A stretch of 64,000 nt of DNA from contig CAVSGM010000011.1 in NCBI GenBank assembly GCA_963727485.1, positions 1-64,000 on the forward strand. The letters run 5' to 3'. Both the position numbers and the translations under genes were made by a program. This document shows, one piece after another, positions 49,443 to 59,561 of the stretch (positions within the stretch are counted from its first letter, which is position 1; every line of letters begins with the position of its first letter). The stretch is from an uncultured delta proteobacterium. Its GTDB lineage: Bacteria > Myxococcota > Myxococcia > SLRQ01. The notes under the pieces are model-generated. The model had not been told where the DNA came from. It did no database searches and was given only the letters and a program-made list of their open reading frames with translations.

Positions 49443-49932
49443 AGGCGGCGGCGCCCGGGTGGCGATCATCATGGGCTCGGACTCGGACCTCCCGGTGATG
49501 CAGGGGGCCGCCGACGCCCTCGACGCCCTGGGGGTCGACTACGAGCTGGCCATCGTCTCCGCCCACCGCACCCCCGAGCGCATGGCCGACTTCGCCGGCG
49601 CCGCGGCGGGTCGGGGGCTCTCGGTGATCATCGCCGGCGCCGGGGGCGCGGCCCACCTCCCGGGGATGGTCGCGGCCCACACGACGCTCCCGGTGATCGG
49701 GGTGCCGGTGCCCGTGGGGCACCTGCAGGGCACCGACGCGCTCTTGTCCATCGTCCAGATGCCCACGGGGGTGCCGGTGGCTGCGGTGGCCATCGGCGGC
49801 GCCTTCAACGCCGGCCTCCTCGCCGCACAGATCCTCGCCGCCGGGGGCGAGAAGCCCGACGCCGCGCTGGCCGCGCGCCTCGCCGACTACAAGGCCGAGC
49901 TGCGCCAGAAGGTCCTCGACAAGAAGATCTGA
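49426..49932 (+). CDS. purE: N5-CAIR mutase (class I PurE)
   Basis: [37 protein letters not shown]. Confidence 0.97.
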   Translation: MARVPEGGGARVAIIMGSDSDLPVMQGAADALDALGVDYELAIVSAHRTPERMADFAGAAAGRGLSVIIAGAGGAAHLPGMVAAHTTLPVIGVPVPVGHLQGTDALLSIVQMPTGVPVAAVAIGGAFNAGLLAAQILAAGGEKPDAALAARLADYKAELRQKVLDKKI

Positions 49933-50048
49933 GACGGCGGCCGCCGACGACGGGTAAGGCCCCCGCCCTTGCCCGCCTCCGGACCGGGGGGCACCTTCTG
50001 GGCCCACCCGACGCGGGCCCCACGGCCCGCTCCCCACCGGAGGTCACC

Positions 50049-51050
50049 ATGGAGTACACGCGACTCGGAAACACCGGCCTCGAGGTCTCCCGCATCTGCC
50101 TGGGCTGCATGAGCTACGGCGATCCCGACGCCACCGTCGAGGGCTCGCCCATGGGCTGGAAGTGGGCCCTGCGCGAGGAGGACTCGAAGCCCTTCTTCAA
50201 GCGCGCCCTCGAGCACGGCATCAACTTCTTCGACACCGCCAACGTCTACTCCTTCGGCGCCTCCGAGGAGATCACCGGGCGGGCGCTGAACGCCCTGGCC
50301 CGGCGCGAGGACGTGGTCCTGGCCACCAAGGTCCACGGGCGGATGCGCCCGGGGCCCAACGGCGGCGGGCTCTCGCGCAAGGAGATCCTCCACGAGATCG
50401 ACGCCAGCCTGAAGCGCCTGGGCACCGACTACGTGGACCTCTACCAGATCCACCGGTGGGACCCGAACACGCCCATCGAGGAGACCATGGAGGCGCTCCA
50501 CGACGTGGTCCGCGCCGGCAAGGCCCGCTACCTCGGCGCCTCGTCGATGTTCGCCTGGCAGTTCGCCAAGGCCCAGCACGTGGCCGAGACGCACGGGTGG
50601 ACGAAGTTCGTCTCCATGCAGAACCACTACAACCTCCTCTACCGGGAGGAGGAGCGGGAGATGAACCCCCTGTGCCTCGACCAGGGCGTGGGCCTCATCC
50701 CCTGGAGCCCGCTGGCGCGCGGGTACCTCGCCCGGCCGCCGTCGGCCGATGCCACCAAGCGCTCGGAGACCGACCGCTTCGGCAAGATGCTCTACGACCA
50801 GACCGGCGAGGCCGACGGCCGGATCATCGACGCGGTGGACCAGGTGGCGAACAAGCGCGAGGTGCCCCACGCCCAGGTGGCGCTGGCGTGGCTCCTCCAG
50901 CGGCCCGGGGTGGCCTCGCCCATCATCGGCGCCACCAAGCTCGAGCACCTCGACCAGGTGGTCGGCGCCGTGGACCTCGCCCTCACCGAGGATGAGATCG
51001 CAGCGCTCGAGGCGCCCTACGTGCCCCACGCCATCGCCGGGCACGGCTAG
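50049..51050 (+). CDS. Aldo/keto reductase
   Basis: [35 protein letters not shown]. Confidence 0.95.
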   Translation: MEYTRLGNTGLEVSRICLGCMSYGDPDATVEGSPMGWKWALREEDSKPFFKRALEHGINFFDTANVYSFGASEEITGRALNALARREDVVLATKVHGRMRPGPNGGGLSRKEILHEIDASLKRLGTDYVDLYQIHRWDPNTPIEETMEALHDVVRAGKARYLGASSMFAWQFAKAQHVAETHGWTKFVSMQNHYNLLYREEEREMNPLCLDQGVGLIPWSPLARGYLARPPSADATKRSETDRFGKMLYDQTGEADGRIIDAVDQVANKREVPHAQVALAWLLQRPGVASPIIGATKLEHLDQVVGAVDLALTEDEIAALEAPYVPHAIAGHG

Positions 51051-52139
51051 GCTGCCGGCAGGCTCAGGGTGAACCGGGCGCCTCCCTCCGGACCCTCGGC
51101 GGCGACGAGCCGACCTCCGTGCTGCTCGACAATCCGGCGGGCAATGGCCAAGCCGAGGCCCGCGGCACCGCCCTGGGCCCCTTGGCCCTGCCGGTGGGGG
51201 AGGAAGATGACCTCGCGTTCGGCCGGCGGTACGCCCGGGCCGGTGTCGTCGACGTGGAGCCGAAGCTCACTGCCCGAGCGGTGGACGGAGAGGGTGACGC
51301 GCCCTTCGGCCCCGGCGTGGCGCACGGCGTTCTCGACGAGGTTCGACACGGCGACGGAGAGGGCCTCGCCGTCCGCCTGCACCAGGGCTGGCCCCGTCCC
51401 AGGCGCCTCCACCAACGAGATGGCCACCGAGGTGTCCGCCCGCCGGGCCACCACCGCCTCGGCCAGGGCTCCGAGGTCCACCGGGGCCAGGTTCCGGGGC
51501 GGCAGGGAGTCGGCCCGCGCGAGGCGCAGCATCGCGTCGACGAGGCGCCCCATCTGCCGGACCTCGTCCAGGGCCGGTGCGGGCGGTCTCCTCCCAGTCC
51601 CCGGTACTCCGGGGCCGGCGGAGCGCCACCTCGAGCTCGGTGGCGACGACCGAGAGCGGCGTCCGGAGCTCGTGGGAGGCGTCGTCGGCGAACCGCGCCA
51701 GAGCCGCCTGCCCGCGCTCCAGCCGGTCGAAGAGCTCGTTGAGGGCGACCACCAGGTGGGTGAGCTCGTCGTCCCGGCCGGGGACCGGGAGGCGACGGTC
51801 GAGGTTGGCGCTGGTCATCTCCCGGGCGGCGCCGACCACGTCGTCCACGGGCCGGAGGGCCCTGCGGGTGGTGAGGAAGGCCCCGAGCACCGCGAGGCCG
51901 AGGCCGACCGGTGCCGCGAAGGCCATCGCCACCAGGACCTCGGAGAGCACCTCCCGGGGGCTGTCGTCGCTGGTCTCCACCCCTTGGCCGGCGGCATCCT
52001 GGACGCTGCCGCTCTCCTGCCACTCGACCGCGAGGAAGGCGGTCACGCCGAAGACCACCAGGGCGGCGGCCGTGGACAGGGCCACCCACCAGGCGATGCG
52101 CCGGGCGAGGCCTCGGCGGCGTGGGGACGTCCTAGCCAA
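51047..52139 (-). CDS. HAMP sensor histidine kinase (frameshift near 51575)
   Basis: 2 TM; DASHELRTPL H-box; NLVENAVRH; DDTGPG; GLGLAI. Confidence 0.9.
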
Positions 52140-52812
52140 CGTCGTCCTCCTGGGCCACCAAGCGGAAGCCCGCCCCCCGTACGGTTTCGATGCGAACCGG
52201 CGAACCCTGGAGCTTCCGGCGGAGATGGGCCAGGTGCACGTCGACGAGGTTGGTGCCCGGGTCGAAGTCGTAGCCGAAGGCCTGCCGGAGGATCTCCGGC
52301 CTGGAGAGCACCTCGCCCCGGCGACGGAGCAGGAGCGCGAGGAAGGCGTGCTCTCGCGGTGAGAGGCCGACCCGCCGGTCTCCGACCCGCACCTCGAGGG
52401 CGCCGGCCTCCAGGCTCAGGCCGGGGACGCCCAGGGGGGCCCACCTCGGCGCCGCCGCCCGACGCATCACCGCGCGGAGCCGAGCGAGCAGCTCCTCGAA
52501 GGCCACAGGCTTGATGAGGAAATCGTCGGCACCAGCCTCGAGGGCGTCTACGCGGGTCCGGAGGGCGTCCCGGGCGGTGAGCACCAGGATCGGGACCCAG
52601 AGACCCGCGTCCCGGGCCGCGGTGATCACCTGCCGCCCCTCCATGTCGGGAAGGCCGAGGTCGAGGACGATCCCGTCGAGATCCGCCTCGGAGAGACGGG
52701 ACAGTGCGTCTGTGCCCCGGGTCACGGCCTCCACGGTGAACCCCTCCTCGGTGAGCCCCCGCGACAGGGAGGCCACCAGGCGCGCGTTGTCTTCCACGAG
52801 GAGGATGGGCAC
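52132..52812 (-). CDS. OmpR-family response regulator
   Basis: ILLVEDN; LDLGLPD; LTARD; GADDFLIKP; ETVRGAGF. Confidence 0.93.
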   Translation of the reverse strand: MPILLVEDNARLVASLSRGLTEEGFTVEAVTRGTDALSRLSEADLDGIVLDLGLPDMEGRQVITAARDAGLWVPILVLTARDALRTRVDALEAGADDFLIKPVAFEELLARLRAVMRRAAAPRWAPLGVPGLSLEAGALEVRVGDRRVGLSPREHAFLALLLRRRGEVLSRPEILRQAFGYDFDPGTNLVDVHLAHLRRKLQGSPVRIETVRGAGFRLVAQEDDVG

Positions 52813-52860
52813 GGCTAAGGGGTAACACCCGCGGGCCTCCGGTGACACAGCCCGGACCGC

Positions 52861-52877
52861 CTTAACGAAGACTTAAC
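52861..52877 (+). promoter_or_regulatory. PmrA/QseB-type direct repeat box
   Basis: CTTAAC-GAAGA-CTTAAC (11-bp period) between the regulator and the PepSY gene. Confidence 0.7.
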
Positions 52878-52932
52878 CGGCGCCGCGGGGAGCGAAGCCG
52901 CATGCTGACCCCCAACCCCAAGGAGGTAGCAA

Positions 52933-53265
52933 ATGGGCAACCTGTCCAAGACCGCACGCATCCTCGTCCTCGCCTTCGGGCTCTCCCTGGTGCCGGCCTC
53001 GGCCGCGTTCGCCGAGGGACACCGCCCCCCCGCCCGTCACCACAAGGTCTCCATGAAGCAGGCCCGACAGACGGCGCTCGCCCGGGTCGCCGGCACGGTG
53101 CGGGGCCACGAGCTGGAGTACGAGAAGGGCCGGTGGATCTACTCCTTCGAGATCCACGTGAAGGGCGAGCCCCGCTCCCGGATCCACGAGGTGAACGTCG
53201 ACGCCGACAGTGGTCGCATCGTCGACGTGTCCGTGGAGAACGACTCGGGCGAAGGGGGCGACTGA
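52933..53265 (+). CDS. Secreted PepSY domain protein
   Basis: SD AAGGAGG; signal peptide; ELEYEKGRWIYSFEI...EVNVDADSGRI. Confidence 0.88.
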   Translation: MGNLSKTARILVLAFGLSLVPASAAFAEGHRPPARHHKVSMKQARQTALARVAGTVRGHELEYEKGRWIYSFEIHVKGEPRSRIHEVNVDADSGRIVDVSVENDSGEGGD

Positions 53266-53274
53266 CCGCCGCCC

Positions 53275-53985
53275 TCAGCGGCCGAGGGCGGCCCAGCCAA
53301 AGCGCAGGAGCGGCAGGGCCGCCTCGGCGAAGTCGACCACCCGGGTCACCAGGCGCTCGCTGCCCATGTCGCGGACGGAGAGCGACCGGCGGACGATGAA
53401 CGACTTGTGCTTGATCACCTCGAGCACCGCGGCGTCGTCCACGTCCTCGAAGCCCCGGGGCGCGCGCTTGAGGACGTCGTCGCCCCCGAGGGTGAGGCCG
53501 GCGGCGTCGAGCTCGGCGAGGACCTTGTCGAAGGTCCTCTGGCGCTTCACCACCGCCTGGCGCAGGGCCTTCAGGGCCGGCGGGTCGGGACGGTAGAACC
53601 CGGCGGCGGTGAAGCAGCCCTCGGGATCGAGGTGCACGTAGAGGAGCCCCGGCGAGAGCTTCCCGCCGTCGCGGGTGAGGGTGGCGCCGGCGTTGGTCTT
53701 GTAGGGGCGCTTGTCCTTGGAGAAGCGCACGTCCCGGTGGATGCGGAACATCGCGCGCTTGGGATCGCCCTTCAGCGGCAGCTTCCGGGCGGCCAGCGCC
53801 TGGGAGAGCTCGGCGACCAGGGCCTGCATCGGCCCCTTCACCTCCCGCTCGTAGTCGCCCTTGTGGGCCTCGAACCAGTCCCGGGACTGGATCCCGGCGA
53901 GCTCGTCGAGGAACTCGAAGGCCCCGGGGCCGAAGCCGGTGAAGCCGGGTCCGGCGGTCTCCGTGGTCTGTCGTACCCTCGCCAT
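53275..53985 (-). CDS. DUF2461 / TIGR02453 family protein
   Basis: RDWFEAHK; MFRIHRDVRFSKDKRPYKT; LKRAPRGF. Confidence 0.9.
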   Translation of the reverse strand: MARVRQTTETAGPGFTGFGPGAFEFLDELAGIQSRDWFEAHKGDYEREVKGPMQALVAELSQALAARKLPLKGDPKRAMFRIHRDVRFSKDKRPYKTNAGATLTRDGGKLSPGLLYVHLDPEGCFTAAGFYRPDPPALKALRQAVVKRQRTFDKVLAELDAAGLTLGGDDVLKRAPRGFEDVDDAAVLEVIKHKSFIVRRSLSVRDMGSERLVTRVVDFAEAALPLLRFGWAALGR

Positions 53986-54041
53986 CCGCACCTCCCTTGG
54001 CCTGCGTGGGACGGGGTGTACCATGCACCCGAGCCCGCCCG

Positions 54042-54533
54042 ATGCCCAACGGTCCCATCCAGCGCTTCCTCGAGGCCGACCACGCCCGCCTCGACGCCCT
54101 CCTCGCCGGCGCCCTCGCCGCCCCCCAGGCCGACGGGGCCGCCTACCTCGCCTTCCGCGAGGGCCTCCTCCGGCACATCGCCATGGAGGAGAAGGTGCTC
54201 CTGCCCGAGGCACGACGGCGACAGGGGCGGGCGTCACTCCCCGGCGGCGATCAGCTCCGCGCCGACCACCGGGCGCTGGCCGCCCTCCTGGTCCCGCCCC
54301 CGAGCCCCGCGCTCCTGGAGACGGTGGGGGCGGTCCTCGCCGAGCACAACCCCCTCGAGGAGGGGCCCGGCGCCCTCTACGCCTTCTGCGAGCAGCTGGT
54401 CGGCGACGAGGCCGACGCCGTCCTCGCGCGCCTGGAGGCGGTGCCCCCGGTCAAGGTGTCGCCCCACCGGGACGGGCCGCAGATCCGGGCGCACCTGGAT
54501 CGGCTCCTCGCCGCGCGCGCCGCGGTCGGGTAG
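54042..54533 (+). CDS. Hemerythrin-like domain protein
   Basis: DHARLD; RHIAMEEKVLLP; DH; EHNPLEE. Confidence 0.8.
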   Translation: MPNGPIQRFLEADHARLDALLAGALAAPQADGAAYLAFREGLLRHIAMEEKVLLPEARRRQGRASLPGGDQLRADHRALAALLVPPPSPALLETVGAVLAEHNPLEEGPGALYAFCEQLVGDEADAVLARLEAVPPVKVSPHRDGPQIRAHLDRLLAARAAVG

Positions 54534-54606
54534 TCGGCGCCGTGCGGCGGCGGGCGCGTGGCGACCCGGGCTTGAATGTCCGGGCTTCGCCCCCGTCCAG
54601 AGGCCC

Positions 54607-55182
54607 ATGAAGACACGAATCGCACCGCTGGTGGGCGTGGCCATCCTCCTCTGGGTGACCCCCGCCCTCGCGGACCCCGCGCCGTCCTGCACCTCGGCCT
54701 ACGGGAAGACGGCCTGCGGGTTCCACTGCGTCGCCGCGTACGGGCAAATCCAATGTGCCGAGACCCCCGAGGGCCGGTGCCAGGCGGCCTACGGCAAGGT
54801 GACCTGCTGGGACCCGCTGCCCGCCGAGCGGCACCGGGGCCATCACCGGGAACGGGAGGCCGGCGAGTCGGAGGCGCACCCGGGATCGCACCGCCCCCGG
54901 GCCGCGGCCTCATGCAGGTCGGCCTATGGCAAGACGGAGTGTGGGTACCACTGTGTCGCCAAGTACGGGAAGGTGGCCTGCGCCGCCACCCCGGAGGGCG
55001 CCTGCGCCGCCGCCTACGGCAAGGTGGTGTGCTGGGACCCTCCGCGCCAACGTCCGCGACCGCGCCGTGAGACTCCGCGCGCGTCCTGCCTCGCCGCCTA
55101 CGGGCAGATCGCCTGTGGCTACGATTGCACCGCCGCCTACGGCAAGGTGCGCTGCGCGACCACCCCAACTCGAGAGAGATGA
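54607..55182 (+). CDS. Secreted Cys-rich repeat protein (C-x-AAYG-K/Q repeats)
   Basis: Signal peptide ...PALA; two complete and one partial 44-aa six-Cys units. Confidence 0.75.
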   Translation: MKTRIAPLVGVAILLWVTPALADPAPSCTSAYGKTACGFHCVAAYGQIQCAETPEGRCQAAYGKVTCWDPLPAERHRGHHREREAGESEAHPGSHRPRAAASCRSAYGKTECGYHCVAKYGKVACAATPEGACAAAYGKVVCWDPPRQRPRPRRETPRASCLAAYGQIACGYDCTAAYGKVRCATTPTRER

Positions 55183-55185
55183 GCC

Positions 55186-55731
55186 ATGAACCTCCCTGAC
55201 GTCCGCTGGTCCAACCTCGCCGTCGTCACCTTCAGCCTGGCTGCGCTCCTCTCCGTCGCGGCCGGGAGCGGCAAGGGGGTCCCCTCGGGCCCCGGCGCGA
55301 CGCCGCCGCCCGCCGCGCCGGCCGCCCGGAAGGCGGGGCCCATCGTGATCGTGCCCGGCAAGTCCATCGGCGAGGTCCACCTGGGCATGCCGCGCGCCAA
55401 GGTCGAGGCCCTGGGCCTCGAGCGCCACCCGCGCTACGCGAAGATGACGATCCCCTACACGGTCTACTACGACGCCCACGGCCGGGTGAGGGGCGTCGAG
55501 GTCTCGCTCGAGCACGCCGGCCGAGAGGTCACCCTCGAGGGTCGGCGCATCCCCGGGCACGCCACCTTCGCCGAAGCCGTGGCCGCGGTCGGCGGGTGCG
55601 AGAAGCCGGCACCGCAGACCGGAGGGACCGTCGCCCGCTGCCACGGTGGGGTGGAGGTCAGGGTGGGCGGCGCCGACCCGGCCGAGGTCTGGATCCGGAT
55701 TGCCCAGCCCCCTGCCGGTTCGGCGCCCTAG
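55186..55731 (+). CDS. Hypothetical secreted protein
   Basis: Signal peptide; [20 protein letters not shown] motif; 3 nt after the upstream stop. Confidence 0.65.
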   Translation: MNLPDVRWSNLAVVTFSLAALLSVAAGSGKGVPSGPGATPPPAAPAARKAGPIVIVPGKSIGEVHLGMPRAKVEALGLERHPRYAKMTIPYTVYYDAHGRVRGVEVSLEHAGREVTLEGRRIPGHATFAEAVAAVGGCEKPAPQTGGTVARCHGGVEVRVGGADPAEVWIRIAQPPAGSAP

Positions 55732-57116
55732 GGTCCGAGGGGCAGCCCGGCCTGGCCCGGATCGGTGGTGACCTGGGCCCAGAAGGACACCTGGCTCTGG
55801 CGCGCGCAGGCGCCGGGCCGGCTGGGATCGTAGGGCGTGTAGACGGGCACCGGGCAGGCCCGCGTGGACGACCCGGTCTCCTGGACGGCGTAGCGGAACT
55901 CGAAGCGGTCTCCCGCCTGGAACGCCGGGGCGGGGAACTTGGGGATCCAGTAGATCGAAGAGACCAGGTCGGTGACGTCGGCGCCATCCGCCGGGGCGGC
56001 GAAGCTGACCGACTGGCCGTCGGGTGCCACCTGGACCTGGCCGCCGAGGGCGTAGTCGCTGGACACCCCGAAGGTCCCGACCGGTGCCGCGCCGCCGGCG
56101 CCCGACACCGCCTGGCGCAGGGACACGGTGACCTGGGTGGCCAGGTTGTCCCAGGCGCCCAGGTAGTCGGTGAGGAAGCCCGGGTCGCCGGCGGCCGGGT
56201 GGCCCGGGCCCGTCCGGGCGAGGAGGTAGACGCCGCCAAAGCTCGAGGGGTCGAGGGAGATGTTGGCCTGGAGCCCGGGGAGGGCCTGGCCGGGGACGAG
56301 CTGGTCCTCCGCCATCACGCCCAGGCCGCCGATCGCGTCCCCGGCGACCTGGCGGGTGGTTCCGTCGGCGAGGGCCACCCGGACCTGGGGGGCGTATTGG
56401 GGCACGGCGACGGAGATGGCCTTGGCGCGGGCGGCGTAGACGGTGCCGTCGCTGCCGACGAACTGGTACTGGAGGGTCACCTGGAGGCTCGACTGGCCCT
56501 TCAGGGTCGTGGGCGGTGCGTAGAGGAGGTACCACCCGCGCTGCCCGGTGGCGGCGAACGAGGTCGCCAGGCTCACCCCGCCGGCATCGCAGGAGAGGGG
56601 CGTGGGGTCGAAGACCTGGGCGAGGTCGGTGACCCCGGTGAGGTCGAGGCGCCCGTCGGCGGTGAGGTGGGCCCCCTGGGTCGGGGCGGGCGGGTAGTAG
56701 CGGCCGTCGGAGGCGCTGCACCCGCTGATCATCAGCCCGAAGTCGTCGCCGGTGGGTGAGACGCCGGAGAGGTGCACCGCCAGGTCGTAGGGGAAGGCCA
56801 CGGCGGCGGCGCCGGCGATGGTGGCGGGGACGCAGGGCCCACAGCTCCCCCCGCAGTCCACCGCGGTCTCGTCGCCGTTGCGCACTCCGTCGCTGCAGCT
56901 CGGCGCCTGGCAGGTCCCGTCGTCGCACACGCCGCTTTGGCAGTCGGTCCCGGCGCCGCAGGCGTCTCCGGCGGTACCACCGGGGCTGCCGCCGTCGCTG
57001 CCGCTGCCCGGGCCGCCGTCGGCGCCAGCGGTCGACGGCGCTCGGGCGTTACAGCCCGCGGCGAGGGCGGCGCAGAGGAGGAGGACCAGGGGAGCGGGCG
57101 GGGTGCGATGGGTCAT
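55728..57116 (-). CDS. Lipoprotein with myxobacterial Cys-rich motif and unknown C-terminal domain
   Basis: Lipobox [27 protein letters not shown]. Confidence 0.75.
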   Translation of the reverse strand: MTHRTPPAPLVLLLCAALAAGCNARAPSTAGADGGPGSGSDGGSPGGTAGDACGAGTDCQSGVCDDGTCQAPSCSDGVRNGDETAVDCGGSCGPCVPATIAGAAAVAFPYDLAVHLSGVSPTGDDFGLMISGCSASDGRYYPPAPTQGAHLTADGRLDLTGVTDLAQVFDPTPLSCDAGGVSLATSFAATGQRGWYLLYAPPTTLKGQSSLQVTLQYQFVGSDGTVYAARAKAISVAVPQYAPQVRVALADGTTRQVAGDAIGGLGVMAEDQLVPGQALPGLQANISLDPSSFGGVYLLARTGPGHPAAGDPGFLTDYLGAWDNLATQVTVSLRQAVSGAGGAAPVGTFGVSSDYALGGQVQVAPDGQSVSFAAPADGADVTDLVSSIYWIPKFPAPAFQAGDRFEFRYAVQETGSSTRACPVPVYTPYDPSRPGACARQSQVSFWAQVTTDPGQAGLPLGP

Positions 57117-57221
57117 GCGGGTACCGGTGGATCCCCGGAGCCCGACGACTATGGGGCTCCTCCGCCCGCTCGGGGAGCCCGCCCGGGTCGACGTAAGGCC
57201 CCAGGTAAGGGGCCCGACCGG

Positions 57222-58214
57222 TCAGTGTGCCACCGGGGCCGGGGCCCCGCCCACCACCCGGAGGGCCGGGGCCGCCCGCCACCCGGTCTCCTCGCCGGCG
57301 GAGAGGTACTCGACCGCGCCCAGGGCGGCCACGGTCCCGTCGGCCACCGCGGTGGTGATCTGGCGGTAGCGCTTCACCCGGCAGTCGCCGGCGGCGAAGA
57401 CCCCGGGGACGCTGGTGCGCAGGGCGTCGTCGGTGACGATCTCGCCGCGGCCTGTGAGCTCGACCACCCCCTCGAGGAAGCCGGTGTTGGGGAGGTAGCC
57501 GATGAAGAGGAAGGCGCCGGTGGCGGGGATCACCGTCTCGGTGCCGTCGTGCTTGGAGGCGACCACCACCTCTTCCAGGTGGTCCTCGCCGCGGAAGGCC
57601 CGGACCTCCTGGGCCATGAGGAAGCGGATCTTCGCGTTGGCCTCGGCCTCGGCCACCGCCCAGGGCTGGGCCTGGAACGCGTCGAACTCGTGGATCACGG
57701 TGACCGACCGGGCGTAGCGGGTCAGGGACACCGACTCCTCGAGGGCCGAGTTGCCGCCGCCGATGACCACGATGTCCTGGTCGGTGAAGAAGTCGCCGTC
57801 GCAGGTGGCGCAGTAGGAGATGCCCCGGCCCTCGAAGGCGGCCTCGGAGGGGAGACCCAGCTTCCGAGGCACACCTCCGGGGGCCAGGACGACCGCGCGG
57901 GAAGTCAGGGGGCCCTCGCCAGCGAGGGTCACCGTCTTCGGGAATCCCGCGAGGTCGAACGACTCGACCTCGGCCTGGGAGACGACCCGGCAGCCGAACT
58001 GCTCGGCCTGCCGGCGCATCGCCCGGGCGAGCTGGTGCCCCGAGACGTCCGGGGCACCCGGGTAGTTGGCGACGGCGTAGGAGAGGATCATCTGCCCGCC
58101 GACGGTGCCGGTGTCGACCACCAGGGTGCGCTGGCGCGCCCGGGCGAGGTAGATGCCGGCGGTGAGCCCGGCGGGGCCGCCGCCGAGGACGATGACGTCG
58201 TAGTCCGTGGACAT
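57222..58214 (-). CDS. trxB: Thioredoxin reductase
   Basis: GGGPAGLTAG; GISYCATCDG; IGGGNSALEE; GVFAAGDC. Confidence 0.93.
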   Translation of the reverse strand: MSTDYDVIVLGGGPAGLTAGIYLARARQRTLVVDTGTVGGQMILSYAVANYPGAPDVSGHQLARAMRRQAEQFGCRVVSQAEVESFDLAGFPKTVTLAGEGPLTSRAVVLAPGGVPRKLGLPSEAAFEGRGISYCATCDGDFFTDQDIVVIGGGNSALEESVSLTRYARSVTVIHEFDAFQAQPWAVAEAEANAKIRFLMAQEVRAFRGEDHLEEVVVASKHDGTETVIPATGAFLFIGYLPNTGFLEGVVELTGRGEIVTDDALRTSVPGVFAAGDCRVKRYRQITTAVADGTVAALGAVEYLSAGEETGWRAAPALRVVGGAPAPVAH

Positions 58215-58239
58215 GGATCCGCTCCCGTGCCGTCCGAGC

Positions 58240-58596
58240 TCAGGCCGCCTTGGCGGTGAGCTTGCTGTCGAGGATGGCGGTGACCTGCTGCCGGTTCTGG
58301 ATGCTGCTGGTGGCCGCGGCCACCTTGCCGTTCTTGAAGTAGACGACGAAGGGCAGGCCGGTGAAGCCCGCGGTCTGCGGCAGGCTGCGGATGGTCTCCA
58401 TCGCCACCTGGCTGTCGAAGAGCATGTCGCGGAAGGCGACGTGGCCGTAGGGCTCCTCGAGCTGCTCCATCACGTCGTAGACCGGCAGGCACATCGGGCC
58501 CATCCGGCCGCAGCAAATCATCACGTTCTCGTTGTCGGAGAGGAGGGCGTCGAAGGCGTCCTTGGACTCGATGTGCTTCAGGTTGGTGTCGAGCAT
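58240..58596 (-). CDS. Thioredoxin-family protein with atypical CCGRMGPMC motif
   Basis: Trx-like layout, GLPF cis-Pro loop, FKNGKVAA. Confidence 0.75.
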   Translation of the reverse strand: MLDTNLKHIESKDAFDALLSDNENVMICCGRMGPMCLPVYDVMEQLEEPYGHVAFRDMLFDSQVAMETIRSLPQTAGFTGLPFVVYFKNGKVAAATSSIQNRQQVTAILDSKLTAKAA

Positions 58597-58636
58597 GGCA
58601 AAATCCCTTTCGTAGGGACGTTGGGGTTTGGGGGGA

Positions 58637-58921
58637 CTACCCGTCGATGGCGTCGGCCTCGACGTATCGGGCCAGCAGGTCGGCGACCGAGACCAGCTTC
58701 AGCGTGTCTCCGTCCACCTTCAGCTCCTCGCCGGCGAAGCGCTTGTAGACGACGCGGTCGCCCACCACGACGCCGTTCTCGACGCCGGTGGCCACCGCCA
58801 GGACCTTGCCCTCCGCCGGCGCCTCGCGGGCGGACTCGGGGACGAAGAGGCCCGACGCGGTCTTCTCCTCGGCCTCGATGGGCTTGACCAGGATGAAATC
58901 TCCAAGGGGCTGCACGTTCAT
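58637..58921 (-). CDS. groES: Co-chaperonin GroES (no adjacent groEL)
   Basis: VQPLGDFILVK; EEKTASGLFVP; GKVLAV; VGDRVVY. Confidence 0.9.
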   Translation of the reverse strand: MNVQPLGDFILVKPIEAEEKTASGLFVPESAREAPAEGKVLAVATGVENGVVVGDRVVYKRFAGEELKVDGDTLKLVSVADLLARYVEADAIDG

Positions 58922-58933
58922 GGTTCGAGTCTC

Positions 58934-59527
58934 CTAGCCCTGGGCGAGGCCCAGGAGCTTGTCGAGCTGGGGTTTGTCGAAGCCGACGACGAAGTGGCCG
59001 TCGACGTCGGTCTGGGGCACGCCCCGCTGGCCGGTGCGTGCGGTGAGCTGCTGCGCCGCCTTGGGATCCTGCGAGACGTCGACCTCGCGGAAGGCGACGC
59101 GGTTGCGCTTGAGGTAGTCCTTGACCCGGACGCACCAGGGGCAGGTCTGGGTGGTGTAGACGGTGACCCGGCGGGGGCGCTTCGTCTCACCGTCCCGGGG
59201 GGCGGCGGCGAGGACGGTGCCGGTGACCAGGGCCTCGTACTCGGTCAGCGGGCGCTCGCCGGCGATGACCTGGACCACCTTGTCGCCCCGCACCTTGATC
59301 ACCGCGGGGACCGAGGTGACGCCGTAGTGGGTGTGGACGTCCTTCACCCGGCCCACGTCGACCCGGTAGAGGGGCGCGTCGGGGTGCTTGTCCGCGAGCT
59401 GATCGAAGACCGGCCGCTGGCGCCGCGAGCGCTCGGAGAACTCGCCGAAGAAGCCGAGGTAGGCGACGCCGTCGTCGCCGAGGTCGGCGCGGAGGGTCTC
59501 GAGACCGTCTACGTCCTTGATGGCCAT
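58934..59527 (-). CDS. Fusion of a Cys-less thioredoxin-like domain and a glutaredoxin (NrdH/YruB-like)
   Basis: N-domain FGEFSERS...YGVTSVP; C-domain VYTTQTCPWC...GQRGVP...VVGFD. Confidence 0.85.
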   Translation of the reverse strand: MAIKDVDGLETLRADLGDDGVAYLGFFGEFSERSRRQRPVFDQLADKHPDAPLYRVDVGRVKDVHTHYGVTSVPAVIKVRGDKVVQVIAGERPLTEYEALVTGTVLAAAPRDGETKRPRRVTVYTTQTCPWCVRVKDYLKRNRVAFREVDVSQDPKAAQQLTARTGQRGVPQTDVDGHFVVGFDKPQLDKLLGLAQG

Positions 59528-59561
59528 GGTGTGGTTCGCTCCGTGTCTCGAAGGGTGGGAA

